A stretch of DNA of 63,904 nt, the filler included, from Octopus bimaculoides (lineage: Eukaryota), in NCBI RefSeq assembly GCF_001194135.2. It is 6 parts of 6 records of this genome, joined end to end, with 100 filler letters (N's around TTAATTAATTAA, not from the genome) between each part and the next. Parts side by side here need not be neighbours in the genome. Positions count along the whole stretch, not along the records: positions 1 to 16,018 come from NC_068987.1; 5 more parts are not named here. One strand, written 5' to 3'. Of this stretch, positions 1 to 12,573 are shown in pieces (positions within the stretch are counted from its first letter, which is position 1; each line of letters starts with the position of its first letter). The position numbers and the translations under genes are program-made. The notes below the pieces were generated by a model. The model saw only the letters and a list, made by a program, of their open reading frames with translations. It made no database searches and was not told where the DNA came from.

Positions 1-23
1 ATAATAATAATAATAATAATAAT

Positions 24-89
<66 letters not shown>

Positions 90-120
90 AACAATAACAA
101 TAACAATAATAATAATAATA

Positions 121-184
<64 letters not shown>
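1..184. repeat. Compound (AAT)n/(AAC)n/(GAT)n microsatellite, probably the 3' tail of the adjacent minus-strand LINE
   Basis: Direct inspection; abuts the LINE 3' end at 185. Confidence 0.95.
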
Positions 185-186
<2 letters not shown>

Positions 187-470
187 CATTCTTTTATTGA
201 CCACAAAGACTAATATAAATCAAAACATTAAAGGAACACAAGACGATATACAAAGGGTTCTGCAAAAAAAATAATAAAACATTCGTATAACAATAAAATA
301 AAGTAACAAGTAAAAAAAACTCCCAATAGGGGGAGGCACTTTAAAGCGTGGAAAAACCCATAAAAGCCACGGGTGCCTGATCAACAGGGCCAGAGCCCTT
401 CTCTTTTTATACTTTTTTTCCCAGGTGTATTCTCAGAATTGGTCCATCCATACTGGCCATTTTAAGATCC
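185..470 (-). mobile_element. L1/Tx1-like LINE 3' end (last ORF2 codons plus 3'UTR)
   Basis: Minus strand reads KMASMDGPILRIHL, then a T-rich 3'UTR ending tttgtggtcaataaaagaat plus (ATC)n; 3'UTR homologous to 37600-37700. Confidence 0.6.
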
Positions 471-929
471 AATAAGATCGAAATCACGTGACTGGTGGTC
501 TCGAAGCTAATGTGGAAGGAGTTATCTCCTGCTTGCAATAAATATTGAGTGCGGAAAGTGCATTGAATAAACCAGTTGGAGGAGATGTCTTCCTGGGATT
601 AAAACAGCAATATCGTCGTCTCTTAGAGAACACCCACGTTAAAATGGCGATAAACACTACCTTTTAGTTGATATACGGCTTCTATCTCGAACAGAGATTT
701 TCTAACGGACTAGTTTCATAGTTCCGCTAGGAGAGAAAAGCAATGTCGATGATCAGTCCCAGAGCCTCTAAGACTAGCTGGAGGAGGGAGAGAGAGGAAG
801 AAGAAGTTATTCTCATACCGAAAACCTGACCCAGTGTTTAACATAGAGAAGATTCAGTTACGAGTATATGCACTAAAGGGATCAGGCGGTGATATTGATT
901 TGGGCAGCGGTTCTTCTCATGTGCTTGCA

Positions 930-1040
930 ACAGTTTTCGGTTCCTAAACTATACTCACAAGTCCTTCGTCAACCCGAGTCTATTCTACAAGACACTTTGC
1001 TCATGGTACCACATAGTGGTGTTGAATCTCAGACCATCAC
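930..1040 (-). mobile_element. Degenerate SINE family B head/core fragment
   Basis: Similar to the head region of the copy at 15300-15449. Confidence 0.5.
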
Positions 1041-1425
1041 ATCCTTCTCTCAAACAGTGCATATCTAGGACTACATTATCTAATCTGCCCTTCACTTTCT
1101 AAGATAGTAGGATGCAATATGAAGGTGATGTAGTTACCATTTCTAGTAGGTCGGTCGACGATGTAGGTGCCAGAGTGAAAAATTGTTTTACTAGCAAGAG
1201 AGACTTGTAAGTGCATTAAAAAAACCCTGTGGTTATGTATCTACATTGGTAAAAATAATGATTAATCTACATTTTTACAAATATAGTAAATTAATGCTTT
1301 GGTTTAAAGTTTTCAACTGTTGAGACTTTACTTAATTTAAAATTTCAACAACTGTGACAGCAACAGAAAAGACCACAGGGGACTAAAGGCAAATAGCGAG
1401 AAAGAGAAAGAGAAAAGTAAAGGGC

Positions 1426-1444
1426 GAGAAGAGAGAGAGAGAGT

Positions 1445-1481
<37 letters not shown>

Positions 1482-1492
1482 GAAAGAGAGAG
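1426..1492. repeat. (GA)n microsatellite
   Basis: Direct inspection. Confidence 0.9.
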
Positions 1493-1717
1493 TCGGGCAG
1501 ATGTAAGAAGAAAGAAAAAATTAGGATGAGAAAACGTTAAAAGGCGGGGAGTTATGTAAACAGGAAGGGAAGGTAGATTTGGTTAGGTAATACTTTAGGT
1601 ATCTGTAAACAGGATAAGGATTAAGGAGAGGAGAAGGATTAAGGAGAGTGAGAGATGAGGGTCAAAGAATGAGTGAATAAGAGCTAGGTGTAAAGAAAGG
1701 AAGGAGAATAACTAATA

Positions 1718-2207
1718 CGGTACCGGATCACTTATCCGGCTTCCAGAAATCCGGAAATACTGTGCAATACTGCAGCCTGTATTGAGTAAACAGACCGTGA
1801 TTTTGAAGTTGGTTAATTTGCATAAGGTGTATAAAAAGTAGTTATTTTCTTTCTTTTAAGCGGGTTGATAACGATTAAACCCACTTACAAGTGTGTTAGA
1901 AGTGTGTTAATTTTTATCTGTATTTGTTAAATAGAATCAAGTTCTTTACTTTTCTTAGCTTAATTTTCATCCTACAAACATAAAACTGTATACATGGTAC
2001 AGTATTGATTTAAAATTTAAGAATTTTAGGTGAACTGATAAATATCTAACAGACCCTGCTCCAGAAGTGTATTAATTTGAATCTGTTAAACATGTTTTTT
2101 GCTCATTACTTTTCATAGTTTGTTTCATATTTTAAGTATATATTTGGTCTGTCTTCAGAAAACCGGAGAATCCAAAAATCTGGGACACTTTAATTGACCC
2201 CGTACTG
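1718..2207. mobile_element. Possible pogo/Tigger-like MITE
   Basis: Imperfect TIRs cggtaccggatcactta / taattgaccccgtactg (13/17 match); TA on the left flank only. Confidence 0.3.
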
Positions 2208-3101
2208 TTATAGGAAAAAAAGAACATCGTGGTTTCGTGAAAAATTGCATTATATAAGTTCACAGAGAGAAGAACCGATAAGAAGTTGCTGGTTTGCGTA
2301 ACAGACGATAAAAGAGGAGGAAGAAAACATTAGAGTGGGTAATTTTAAGTAAAAAGAGATAAAGAAAAAAACTAGGAAAGAGATAAGGGAGAAAGTGATA
2401 TAATAGAGAGTGAGTGTGTAATTGATTGATTTATAAGACAGACAGATAGACAGATAGCTAGCAAGCTCGACAGATAAGGAAGTAAACAGGGACATCGATG
2501 TAAAAATGTAGAGAAAGGAAGTTAAGGGAAAAGGGCAGAGCGTGTAAGAAAAGAAGAATAACCAAAGAGTCAAGCGAAATGATTGATGAATAGACTTGAG
2601 ACCAACTTTTGTAACAATAATACTTGGAAAAAGAGAAAGAGGGCACAGCTGGAAAAGATAGGAAATGAAAGGAGCGGTTAAAATAACGATTTCTGAACTG
2701 AAATGGGCCAATATGAATTGTTTTTAACAACTATAGATATTTTGTAAACATTTAAAAGTGTTTTGCTACACAGTGTTTTATTTAACGAGATAGCTTTCCA
2801 TCGTTTTCGTGGTCTTGTCTTTGTATACTAGCGACATGAATCACGCCATGGAGAGAGAGAGCGAGAGACAGACAGACAGAAACACAGAGAAGGAGAAAGA
2901 GAGAAAGACACAAACAGACAAAGACAATGACAGACAGACGGACAGAGACAAAGACAGAGAGGGATAATGCGAAGGAAACTGAATGGGATATACGAATGAG
3001 AAAGATAATTAGATGCTACAGTCGTTATATGTAATAAGGAAAGAGAAAGAGAAGATAGGAAAAAACTTAGCAGAAATAGAGTTATGAGTCAGGATAATGA
3101 A

Positions 3102-3147
<46 letters not shown>

Positions 3148-3738
3148 AATATGTGAGTGATTGAGAGGTTAGAGAGTAAGAAGTATGAAAAAAATGAATG
3201 TGTACTGGCAATGTTTTAATGTTGAGAGGAAACGAGAGTAGGAACACACACATGCATAGAAAGTGGTCTCACGTGAGAGTTGTAGAGACTAAGGTCAAAT
3301 CTGATCAAGGTGAACTAACATCACTTGCATTCCAGTTGTGATAATGCTCAAGGTGCGTAAGCCAGCATTGGCCTGCGTGTCCTTTCTCAAACCAGTAGGG
3401 TATGATTTGAATGAAATTTGGGTTCTGTTTCTAGCAACTCGAGTGACCACGCAGAAGCTCTACTATGGGTCCGTATGTGCAGTCACGTGTTGTATGTAAT
3501 CAAGAAGATAAGCCCATACGTAACCGTGAGGTCAGCCTGGCTTAGTAACAAAGACACCCGCGTGAAGAATATATACGATTTGGTGAAACAAACAGGATAA
3601 ACAGAACTCAATACATGAGAATACATATTCTTTAATCAGCAATAAGTTACAAAAGTGACTGAAGGACCGCGAGTTCAGAAGTACCATGTCCGAAAGTTAC
3701 TGGTTCCTGAGTCACTTGTGTATAATTTTCTATCGATT

Positions 3739-3901
3739 GTGGCTATGCGGTAAGAAGTTTGCTTCCCAACCACACGGTTCCGGGTTCAGTCCCACTGCGT
3801 GGAACTTTGGGCAAGAATCTTCTACTATAGCCTCTGGCCGACCAAAGCCTTGTGAATGGATTTGGTAAACAGAAACTGAAAGAAGCTCGTCGTATGTGTG
3901 A

Positions 3902-3941
<40 letters not shown>

Positions 3942-4029
3942 CTTTGTCCCCCACTACCGCTTGTCAACCAGTGTTGGTGTGTTTACGACCCCGTAACTTG
4001 GCGGTTCGGGAAAAACACACTGATAGAAT
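3739..4029 (+). mobile_element. SINE family B (tRNA-like head, CORE-like segment, internal (TG)n), runs into gap
   Basis: ggtaagaagtttgcttcccaaccacacggttccgggttcagtccc head; ttgggcaag segment; homologous to 15050-15449. Confidence 0.85.
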
Positions 4030-5388
4030 NNNNNNNNNNNNNNNNNNNNNNNNNNNNNNNNNNNNNNNNNNNNNNNNNNNNNNNNNNNNNNNNNNNNNNN
4101 NNNNNNNNNNNNNNNNNNNNNNNNNNNNNNNNNNNNNNNNNNNNNNNNNNNNNNNNNNNNNNNNNNNNNNNNNNNNNNNNNNNNNNNNNNNNNNNNNNNN
4201 NNNNNNNNNNNNNNNNNNNNNNNNNNNNNNNNNNNNNNNNNNNNNNNNNNNNNNNNNNNNNNNNNNNNNNNNNNNNNNNNNNNNNNNNNNNNNNNNNNNN
4301 NNNNNNNNNNNNNNNNNNNNNNNNNNNNNNNNNNNNNNNNNNNNNNNNNNNNNNNNNNNNNNNNNNNNNNNNNNNNNNNNNNNNNNNNNNNNNNNNNNNN
4401 NNNNNNNNNNNNNNNNNNNNNNNNNNNNNNNNNNNNNNNNNNNNNNNNNNNNNNNNNNNNNNNNNNNNNNNNNNNNNNNNNNNNNNNNNNNNNNNNNNNN
4501 NNNNNNNNNNNNNNNNNNNNNNNNNNNNNNNNNNNNNNNNNNNNNNNNNNNNNNNNNNNNNNNNNNNNNNNNNNNNNNNNNNNNNNNNNNNNNNNNNNNN
4601 NNNNNNNNNNNNNNNNNNNNNNNNNNNNNNNNNNNNNNNNNNNNNNNNNNNNNNNNNNNNNNNNNNNNNNNNNNNNNNNNNNNNNNNNNNNNNNNNNNNN
4701 NNNNNNNNNNNNNNNNNNNNNNNNNNNNNNNNNNNNNNNNNNNNNNNNNNNNNNNNNNNNNNNNNNNNNNNNNNNNNNNNNNNNNNNNNNNNNNNNNNNN
4801 NNNNNNNNNNNNNNNNNNNNNNNNNNNNNNNNNNNNNNNNNNNNNNNNNNNNNNNNNNNNNNNNNNNNNNNNNNNNNNNNNNNNNNNNNNNNNNNNNNNN
4901 NNNNNNNNNNNNNNNNNNNNNNNNNNNNNNNNNNNNNNNCTACGAAATAAACTTTATTTTCATTTTCATATTTTCTACATTATCTCAACAACCAGCTATA
5001 GTCATTCGGATAACTACTCTTTAACGACCAGGTTTCATTAGAAAGTGAAAATAGTTTCACACTTTCAATTTGAATCAAAATTACCAAGTAATTCACACAC
5101 CATCACGAGAGTAAGGATGTGTGAATAATGAAAGTAATGTTTCTTCGAATTACTCACATCTGTACTATAATAAAGAAAGCTGCTTATCATCTATCTACTA
5201 AATAAACTGCTTTTGGCACGATAACTCATTTTTTTTTACTACTAAAATAACATCGTTAACGAGGTCGGGTCACACAATTTTCAGGTCATTTTCGAGCAAT
5301 ATTTCAATTTGCTTCTAATGTTTCACTTTCGTCCGATGTTTCATGCATGCGTAGAATTATACTCAAACATTTATGAAAATGTACACTG

Positions 5389-5498
5389 TGTAGTAAGTAG
5401 CTTGCTTACCAACCACATGGTTCTGCGTGGCACCTTGGGCAANNNNNNNNNNGCATGGCCGCAGTCAAATGATTGAAACAAGTAAAAGAGTAAAATAG
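5389..5498 (+). mobile_element. SINE family B head and tail separated by a short gap
   Basis: Head gtaagtagcttgcttaccaaccac; tail gcatggccgcagtcaaatgattgaaacaagtaaaagag. Confidence 0.8.
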
Positions 5499-5682
5499 TA
5501 AAGAGTATAAATATTGTATTAAAATAAGCCACAACCCAAAAAATTTCATTAAGAGACATCCATTTCTCTATATGATTTGAGGAAATACAGTCACTCTCTC
5601 TCTCTCTCTCGCCTGCACACGCACACATACATACAAAAAAGATGTATGCATATATATTTATGTACGTATATATGAAAGATAA

Positions 5683-5714
<32 letters not shown>

Positions 5715-6112
5715 AGTGCCACTTACACATACGTGCAAAAAAAATACATACATGACAACACACACCTTCTCTCACTCTCTTTCTCTCTCTCACTTTCGCT
5801 TTCTCTCATGCACACGCACACACGCACGCACGCGCACACACATGCACGCGAGCACACACACACACACGTCAATATCATATGTATACGTACATACATCTTT
5901 CAATTTATCCTCTCTTTCACTTTCTGCTTTCACTTCAATGCAATTGTCGCCTTTTCCCTTTCTCCTCTCTTCAAATCATAAAGGAATAAATTTTTATGTA
6001 AATTAACGAACAATCATATGATCCCATATGATCGACTATATGATCGAGTTGACCACTTTGCTGCTTCAAACGAAAAAATGCCATAAAATAACTTCCTTTG
6101 GCACGCATATGG

Positions 6113-6119
<7 letters not shown>

Positions 6120-6205
<86 letters not shown>
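6120..6205. repeat. (CA)n microsatellite
   Basis: Direct inspection. Confidence 0.95.
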
Positions 6206-6208
<3 letters not shown>

Positions 6209-6222
6209 CAAAATGTCAGTAC

Positions 6223-6370
6223 TTGACTGGTACAATATTTTATCGACTTCGAAGAGACGGAAAACAAAGTCGATCTCAGCGGAATTTGAACTCAGAACTT
6301 AAAGAACTAAAAGAAATGCCGCTAAGCATTTTGTCTAACTTGCTAACGATTCTGTTAGCTCACCGCCTTA
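6223..6370 (-). mobile_element. SINE family A
   Basis: ggaatttgaactcagaac (B-box, reverse complement) and ctggtac...ttatcgac body. Confidence 0.8.
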
Positions 6371-7859
6371 ATGTCAGTGCTAATAATGAATTCTTCTGTT
6401 GGTGCAGATTTGGAGTGACATACAATTGATCATATTGTCGCCCTGGAGGTACGAAAGGTAAAGTCGTTCCCACAGTGATTTGAACTCATAACGTAAAGGG
6501 GCATAGATAGATATTGTAAAACACTGAGATTGCCCTACACATATTTTGCCCCCAACGACATCGACATGTTAATCATAAAATATAATCTGCCAGCTAACTG
6601 GTCATAAAGGAAATGAAATGTATGTCATATTTATTACGTTTCTTTTGTGCATGTGTTTGTGTGTGTACTGTCGTATTTATGTGAAGAATCAAAAAGAAAA
6701 AGAAAACATTTCATTAGTCATAATTTTATCTCATGGCATACCAAAATTAACAATAATTTTCAATTACAATTCTTTTCTTGTCGATATAAACCGCCACTGG
6801 CTTAAGAATTCCAATAAATATTCAGCTGAAAATTGTTATCTGTAACTTTCAAATAGCGATAAGTATTCTCTTCCTCCTTCTCTCTCTCTCACAGATACAC
6901 ACACACACATGTACTCAAGAATGAATTGCAATAAATAAGGAATAAATAAGGAATAAATACCCAGGAATAAATAGTTTCTGTATGATTGTGACAGATTCCG
7001 CAGAGTACTGGTAAAGGGATTAGATAGCTTCTGTAGAGTATCAGTAGAGGGATTAAACGGCTTGAAAACTGGACGTGTTAGAATAGATTGATCAATATTT
7101 CAGTGGACAACGACAAGCAGACGTTAGTATTTTTGTCATGTATTCAGGTTGGGTATGTAACACAAACGTGAATCTTCTACCCAAAATAAATCAATGAAAC
7201 ATCTGATGTATCCACGAAGTTAATCCCAACACCCCAGACAGGAGAAAATAAAATATGGCAGGGTCGATTTGGTTATTTCTGATGACCCGAACCAGATTGA
7301 TTTTTCAATTGTGTTTGCGAATTAACAATTTTCCATTGTGGATGCATATATTATAAGCTGCTGGGAAATTGTTTTGGAAATAGAACAAGGCTGGTAGATA
7401 AGAGAACGAGGATATTTTATTGATGCAGACACCGTTACAAGAAGAAATACTTATTTCCAAGTATACTGTCAATAATTTCAATTTTGTAAGAAGCAAAAAG
7501 AAAAAAAAAATGAACAAAGGAACAGATTGAGGTGAAGGTGTTGAGCTACTGAACACACAGTCAAGATTTCAAACCTTAGTATTTCAACCATCATTACGTT
7601 GTATGAAGAACCGTAACTCAACTTGGCTCAGTTTACATGGTTGACCTAAAATTACGGCTAGGTGATTTGACTTTTAATTATTCCAATATAATTTAATGTC
7701 ATCAAATACAATAACACTGTTTATTAGCTCAATAGACGATCGATTCATATGCTAGAAACCTTAATATGAAGGACAGTAACAACACATTTCTTTAACTGAT
7801 AATTTCTTGTGGGATTTTTGTCTCCCTCCCACCAACAAAACCAGACTAAAAAAATGTTT

Positions 7860-8138
7860 TCAGCGGGCTTCCTCTACATTTTCATCTAGTGACAGACTAG
7901 ATGAGAGAGTGGGGTGCATTGCAAAAACTGAAAGTAATACCAAGAGTGAAAGTATTCCAAAGAGTTTCAAGTACTTTAAGGCTCTCTTTCTTAGAATCCA
8001 TAAAACCATTAGTATCCTTTTATCGTCTGGATAAATGTTTACAACGAATTCCTGCATTATTTTGTTACTGTCACTGCTGCTATCGTTACTGATATCATTA
8101 TTCGCCGAACTGTTTTTTCCCTCGACGCTTTCACTCAT
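7860..8138 (-). CDS. Candidate 92-aa ORF/exon with one hydrophobic segment; unverified
   Basis: Non-repetitive ORF MSESVEGK...ALKYLKLFGILSLLVLLSVFAM...; AG just upstream of the ATG; no family recognised. Confidence 0.2.
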   Translation of the reverse strand: MSESVEGKNSSANNDISNDSSSDSNKIMQEFVVNIYPDDKRILMVLWILRKRALKYLKLFGILSLLVLLSVFAMHPTLSSSLSLDENVEEAR

Positions 8139-8418
8139 CCTGCCAAATTTCCTTCGAATTGTATCCTACCATCTTAAAAACGGATGAACATATTGGATAA
8201 AGTGATCCAGAATATATTATTCCAGTAAAGGATACTGCTACCACAGTAAAAAGGATAATTATTCTATTAAAGCAGTAATGGGGTTGATTTAATTGCTGTC
8301 ACAAAATCGGTCTTCGCGATGTGAAGGCTCATGGGATTCTGCATCATCATAAAAGATGGGGATTTCAAACTTTGACATGAACACACTTGACCGAATCCCA
8401 ATGACCACGACTAGAATG

Positions 8419-8483
8419 CCATGTAGTTAGTTCGATTACCAATGTAGTTAGTTCGATTGCCAATGTAGTTAGTTCGATTACCA
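8419..8483. repeat. Tandem triplication of a 21-bp unit (ccaatgtagttagttcgatta)
   Basis: Three near-identical units. Confidence 0.9.
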
Positions 8484-8533
8484 CATAATCATATTTATCT
8501 ATCATATCATATTACCACATAATAATATTTTAA

Positions 8534-8737
8534 GGCAGTGAGCTGGCAGAAACGTTAGCACGCCGGGCCAAATGCTTAGCGGTATTTCCTCTGCCGCTAC
8601 GTTCTGAGTTCAAATTCCGCCGAGGTCGATTAAATAAGTACCAGTTACGAACTGGGTCGATATAATCGACTTAATCCGTTTGTCTGTCCTTGTTTGTCCC
8701 CTCTGTGTGTAGCCCCTTGTGGGCAGTAAAGAAATAA
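8534..8737 (+). mobile_element. SINE family A, tail type A1, with internal deletion
   Basis: A-box-like tggcagaaacgttagc; B-box gagttcaaattcc; tail ccccttgtgggcagtaaagaaat. Confidence 0.92.
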
Positions 8738-9212
8738 TAATCATATTTATATGTAGATAAATAAGATTACGTGGTGTAGTTCGATCTAGAATCGAACTTA
8801 AAATTCTCAGTGGTGACTATATGTAGGTCACGCTGTCCTGATTATCAACCAATCAGCCTGCAGCTATATCATGTCATATCATGAATTTCATCAATACTGT
8901 CCTTGAAGTTCCCGTGGTTTTCTCAGTATTAAAGCGAATTCGCACTAAGAACAACGGTGGAGGTTTGAGATCGCCACCAGAGAACACACATCCTCACCTC
9001 TCGCCACAAGCAAGTCAGAACGCGGCCTAGTATAGCAGAAACAAAGTCTGCTAAATCTAACTAGAAAGGAATTCTTCATGATTGCTAGCAAACTCTTTCC
9101 TGCTTCTCGAGACTTACTAATCATTACTATGCATATTTGTTATATTGAAGTTCGTTTCTGGTCTCGCTACATTAGCACCAACAGCCATAAGCTTATATTC
9201 AATTGTTCTCTT

Positions 9213-9445
9213 ATTTCTTTATTGCCCACAAGGGGCTAAACATAGATGGGACAAACAAGGACAGACAAAGGGATTAAGTCGATTACATCGACCCCAGTGC
9301 GTAACTGGTACTTAATTTATCGACCCCCGAAAGGATGAAAGGCTAAGTCGACCTCGGCGGAATTTGAACTCTGAACGTAACGGCAGATGAAATACTGCTA
9401 AGCATTTCGCCCGGCGTGCTAACGTTTCTGCCAGCTCGCCGCCTT
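9213..9445 (-). mobile_element. Full-length SINE family A, tail type A1
   Basis: Complete head, body and tail; 12-bp TSD aattgttctctt at 9201-9212 and 9446-9457. Confidence 0.95.
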
Positions 9446-10496
9446 AATTGTTCTCTTCAATTGTTCTCTTGTTCAATAAATCTTACAATGAAATTATACA
9501 GTTATGTTCGCATCTGTTTATCATGGTATAACACGCAGCTGGGACAATAACTAATAGCTCACCAGTGAATCTCAGAAATTGATGAAAACATATCCTTTCT
9601 GGTGCGACTTTGGTAATCGATCCTCAGGTAAATATCTAATACAGAACACTTAACTGAGAGTTGCAATTTACCATTTCCAGCCATTGGTAGAACACGATGT
9701 CAGAAGACTGGCTGCACTGATTAGGTAGGAGTGGTTTCGTGACAGACTCCTGAAAGCAAGAAGTATTTCCTTAAATCACACTACACTCGACAGATTCGTT
9801 TTGAATATATAAAAAGATAGAATTCCAATGGTTGCAACGCTTCTAAATGTAGGTCTACTCTTTTTGTATTGACTTGGAGCTAATCGGTTACAACAGCAAA
9901 CAAACGAGGGAGATTATATATGCTCACAATCTTCTAAAAAAAAAAATAGCTGTTAAACTTCTCTCAAGCNNNNNNNNNNNNNNNNNNNNNNNNNNNNNNN
10001 NNNNNNNNNNNNNNNNNNNNNNNNNNNNNNNNNNNNNNNNNNNNNNNNNNNNNNNNNNNNNNNNNNNNNNNNNNNNNNNNNNNNNNNNNNNNNNNNNNNN
10101 NNNNNNNNNNNNNNNNNNNNNNNNNNNNNNNNNNNNNNNNNNNNNNNNNNNNNNNNNNNNNNNNNNNNNNNNNNNNNNNNNNNNNNNNNNNNNNNNNNNN
10201 NNNNNNNNNNNNNNNNNNNNNNNNNNNNNNNNNNNNNNNNNNNNNNNNNNNNNNNNNNNNNNNNNNNNNNNNNNNNNNNNNNNNNNNNNNNNNNNNNNNN
10301 NNNNNNNNNNNNNNNNNNNNNNNNNNNNNNNNNNNNNNNNNNNNNNNNNNNNNNNNNNNNNNNNNNNNNNNNNNNNNNNNNNNNNNNNNNNNNNNNNNNN
10401 NNNNNNNNNNNNNNNNNNNNNNNNNNNNNNNNNNNNNNNNNNNNNNNNNNNNNNNNNNNNNNNNNNNNNNNNGGGGGGGGGGGTCCGGATCTCATA

Positions 10497-10624
10497 AATT
10501 AATTGTGACTTCTTTTCCTGTGACTTTATTATCGGCCACCATAAATTAATCGTGACATTTTGTCCTAGCCAAAATTGTGACTTTATTACTGTGGCTTTTT
10601 TCTTGTGACTTTATTTCCGGTCAC
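10497..10624. mobile_element. DNA-transposon (MULE-like) terminus with repeated gtgactt motifs
   Basis: About five gtgac(t/a)t motifs ending ttatttccggtcacc; the other end is presumably in the preceding gap. Confidence 0.45.
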
Positions 10625-11641
10625 CTGCTGGAGTAGGTCAAAACTTGGGACTAAGCAACAATAAGAGTTGTGCGTTTGAGTCGTGTTTTCGCTTCTCAAA
10701 TATGAATACGAATATTGCATCTGACAAAATGATTCATCCTAAAACATCCACGAACCATCACTGTAGATATTTTATGTAGATTTTTTTCTTCCTAATTCAA
10801 CAAGAATTTAGTGGTTTATTTGTCACTCGTGTTCAATATAAGTATATGTACATACCCTTCTTTATTCGTCAGCCATTAATGCGTAAACGTACTAAAAGCA
10901 TACACTTTGTTGCGATTACACACACACACACACACACACGCATCATTTGTCCTTCATCTTGCTAGCCACGAGAGTACATATTTTATTTAAATATCGACCG
11001 ATCGTAGTCGTACATATATTGTAACTATATATATTTTAACACGTATCAGTTGAGCAAATCTATTCAGCAGTTTATACATCAATAACAACTCTACTGGGGC
11101 AAATAATTGTTTAATAGTTGAAGTTATTGACGGAAACATTACATAAGATGTGAATAAATATCATTAGACAGAATGATGGGCTCTATGGAGGATTAACAAT
11201 GTTGAAATATGAAACCGTCAAACATATGTATATAGTTGTTGTTGTTGTTGTTTGGCTCTATCTCAGCCGACATTGATTAAATCGCTGTGTTCAAGGCACT
11301 CCAACCATGATCATCCTGTCAAATCGTGTTTATGAACTCGTTATCAAGATGTAGAGGGCAATCAGCTAGGTTACTATGACTACGACTTTTGCTTTGAGGA
11401 CAGTGGGTTCATTTCATTAGCAAAAATTGTGTCACTTTAAATGCTTTTATCTTGTTAATTATTGATCTTTAGAAAATATAATACAAACAACAAATGCAAT
11501 ATTCGTCATTTGCATGCAAAACTACATCTATGTAGAAAATTTGAAAACAATCCATTGCGGATTGAAGAATCTTCAAATGGTTGGAAATAAACAAAAATTG
11601 GCTGCGTTTTCTTGCATTGCAGGTCGATTGATCACATAGGG

Positions 11642-11745
11642 CAGTCATAAGCAACCTGCGGTCCGAGGGACTTTTTACATGGCATGCTGAACGAAAAATG
11701 ACCTTGAATTTTTTTTTCGGAAGTGCAGCCTACTGATAATAATCC
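11642..11745 (+). mobile_element. Possible hAT (Charlie-type) left terminus
   Basis: cagtcataagcaacctgcggtccg resembles CAG...GCAACCTGCGGCCCG termini; truncated by gap. Confidence 0.3.
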
Positions 11746-11979
11746 NNNNNNNNNNNNNNNNNNNNNNNNNNNNNNNNNNNNNNNNNNNNNNNNNNNNNNN
11801 NNNNNNNNNNNNNNNNNNNNNNNNNNNNNNNNNNNNNNNNNNNNNNNNNNNNNNNNNNNNNNNNNNNNNNNNNNNNNNNNNNNNNNNNNNNNNNNNNNNN
11901 NNNNNNNNNNNNNNNNNNNNNNNNNNNNNNNNNNNNNNNNNNNNNNNNNNNNNNNNNNNNNNNNNNNNNNNNNTTTCAG

Positions 11980-12160
11980 GGGATGGGAATAAGTCGCTTA
12001 CATCGACCTCAGTGCTCAACTGGTACTTACTTTATCGACCCCGAAAGGATGGAAAGCAAAGTCAACCTCGGCAGAATTTGAACTCAGAACGTGAAGGCAG
12101 ATGAAATGCCGCTAAGCATATCTCCCGGCGTGCTATCAATCCTTCCAACTCACTGCTCTT
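11980..12160 (-). mobile_element. SINE family A (copy 1 of tandem trio)
   Basis: B-box gaatttgaactcagaac and body. Confidence 0.85.
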
Positions 12161-12355
12161 GATTTCAAATTTCGACACAAGGCCAGCGATTTCGGGGGAA
12201 GAGGAAAGTCGATTCCATCGACCCCAAAACTCAACTGGTACTTACTTTATTGACCTCGAAAGAATGAAAGGCAAAGTCGATCTCAGCGGAATTTGAACTC
12301 AGAACGTATGAACACGGACGAAATGCCGCTAAGCATTTTGTCAGCTTGCCGCCTT
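12161..12355 (-). mobile_element. SINE family A, tail A2 (copy 2 of trio)
   Basis: Tail tttcaaatttcgacacaaggccagc; B-box. Confidence 0.85.
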
Positions 12356-12369
12356 AGTTATAATATATT

Positions 12370-12573
12370 GGTTTCGAATTTTGGCACAAGGCCAGCAACC
12401 TTGTGGGACGGGCTACGTTGATTACATTAACCCCACCACTCAGCTGGTACTTATTTTATCGACCCCGAAAGGATAAACGGTAAAGTCGTAAACTCAGAAC
12501 ATGAAGACGGACGAAATGCCGCTAAATATTTTGTCCGGCGTGCAAATGATTCTGCCAGCTTGCCACCTTAATG
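12370..12573 (-). mobile_element. SINE family A, tail A2 (copy 3 of trio)
   Basis: 14-bp TSD agttataatatatt at 12356-12369 and 12574-12587. Confidence 0.9.
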
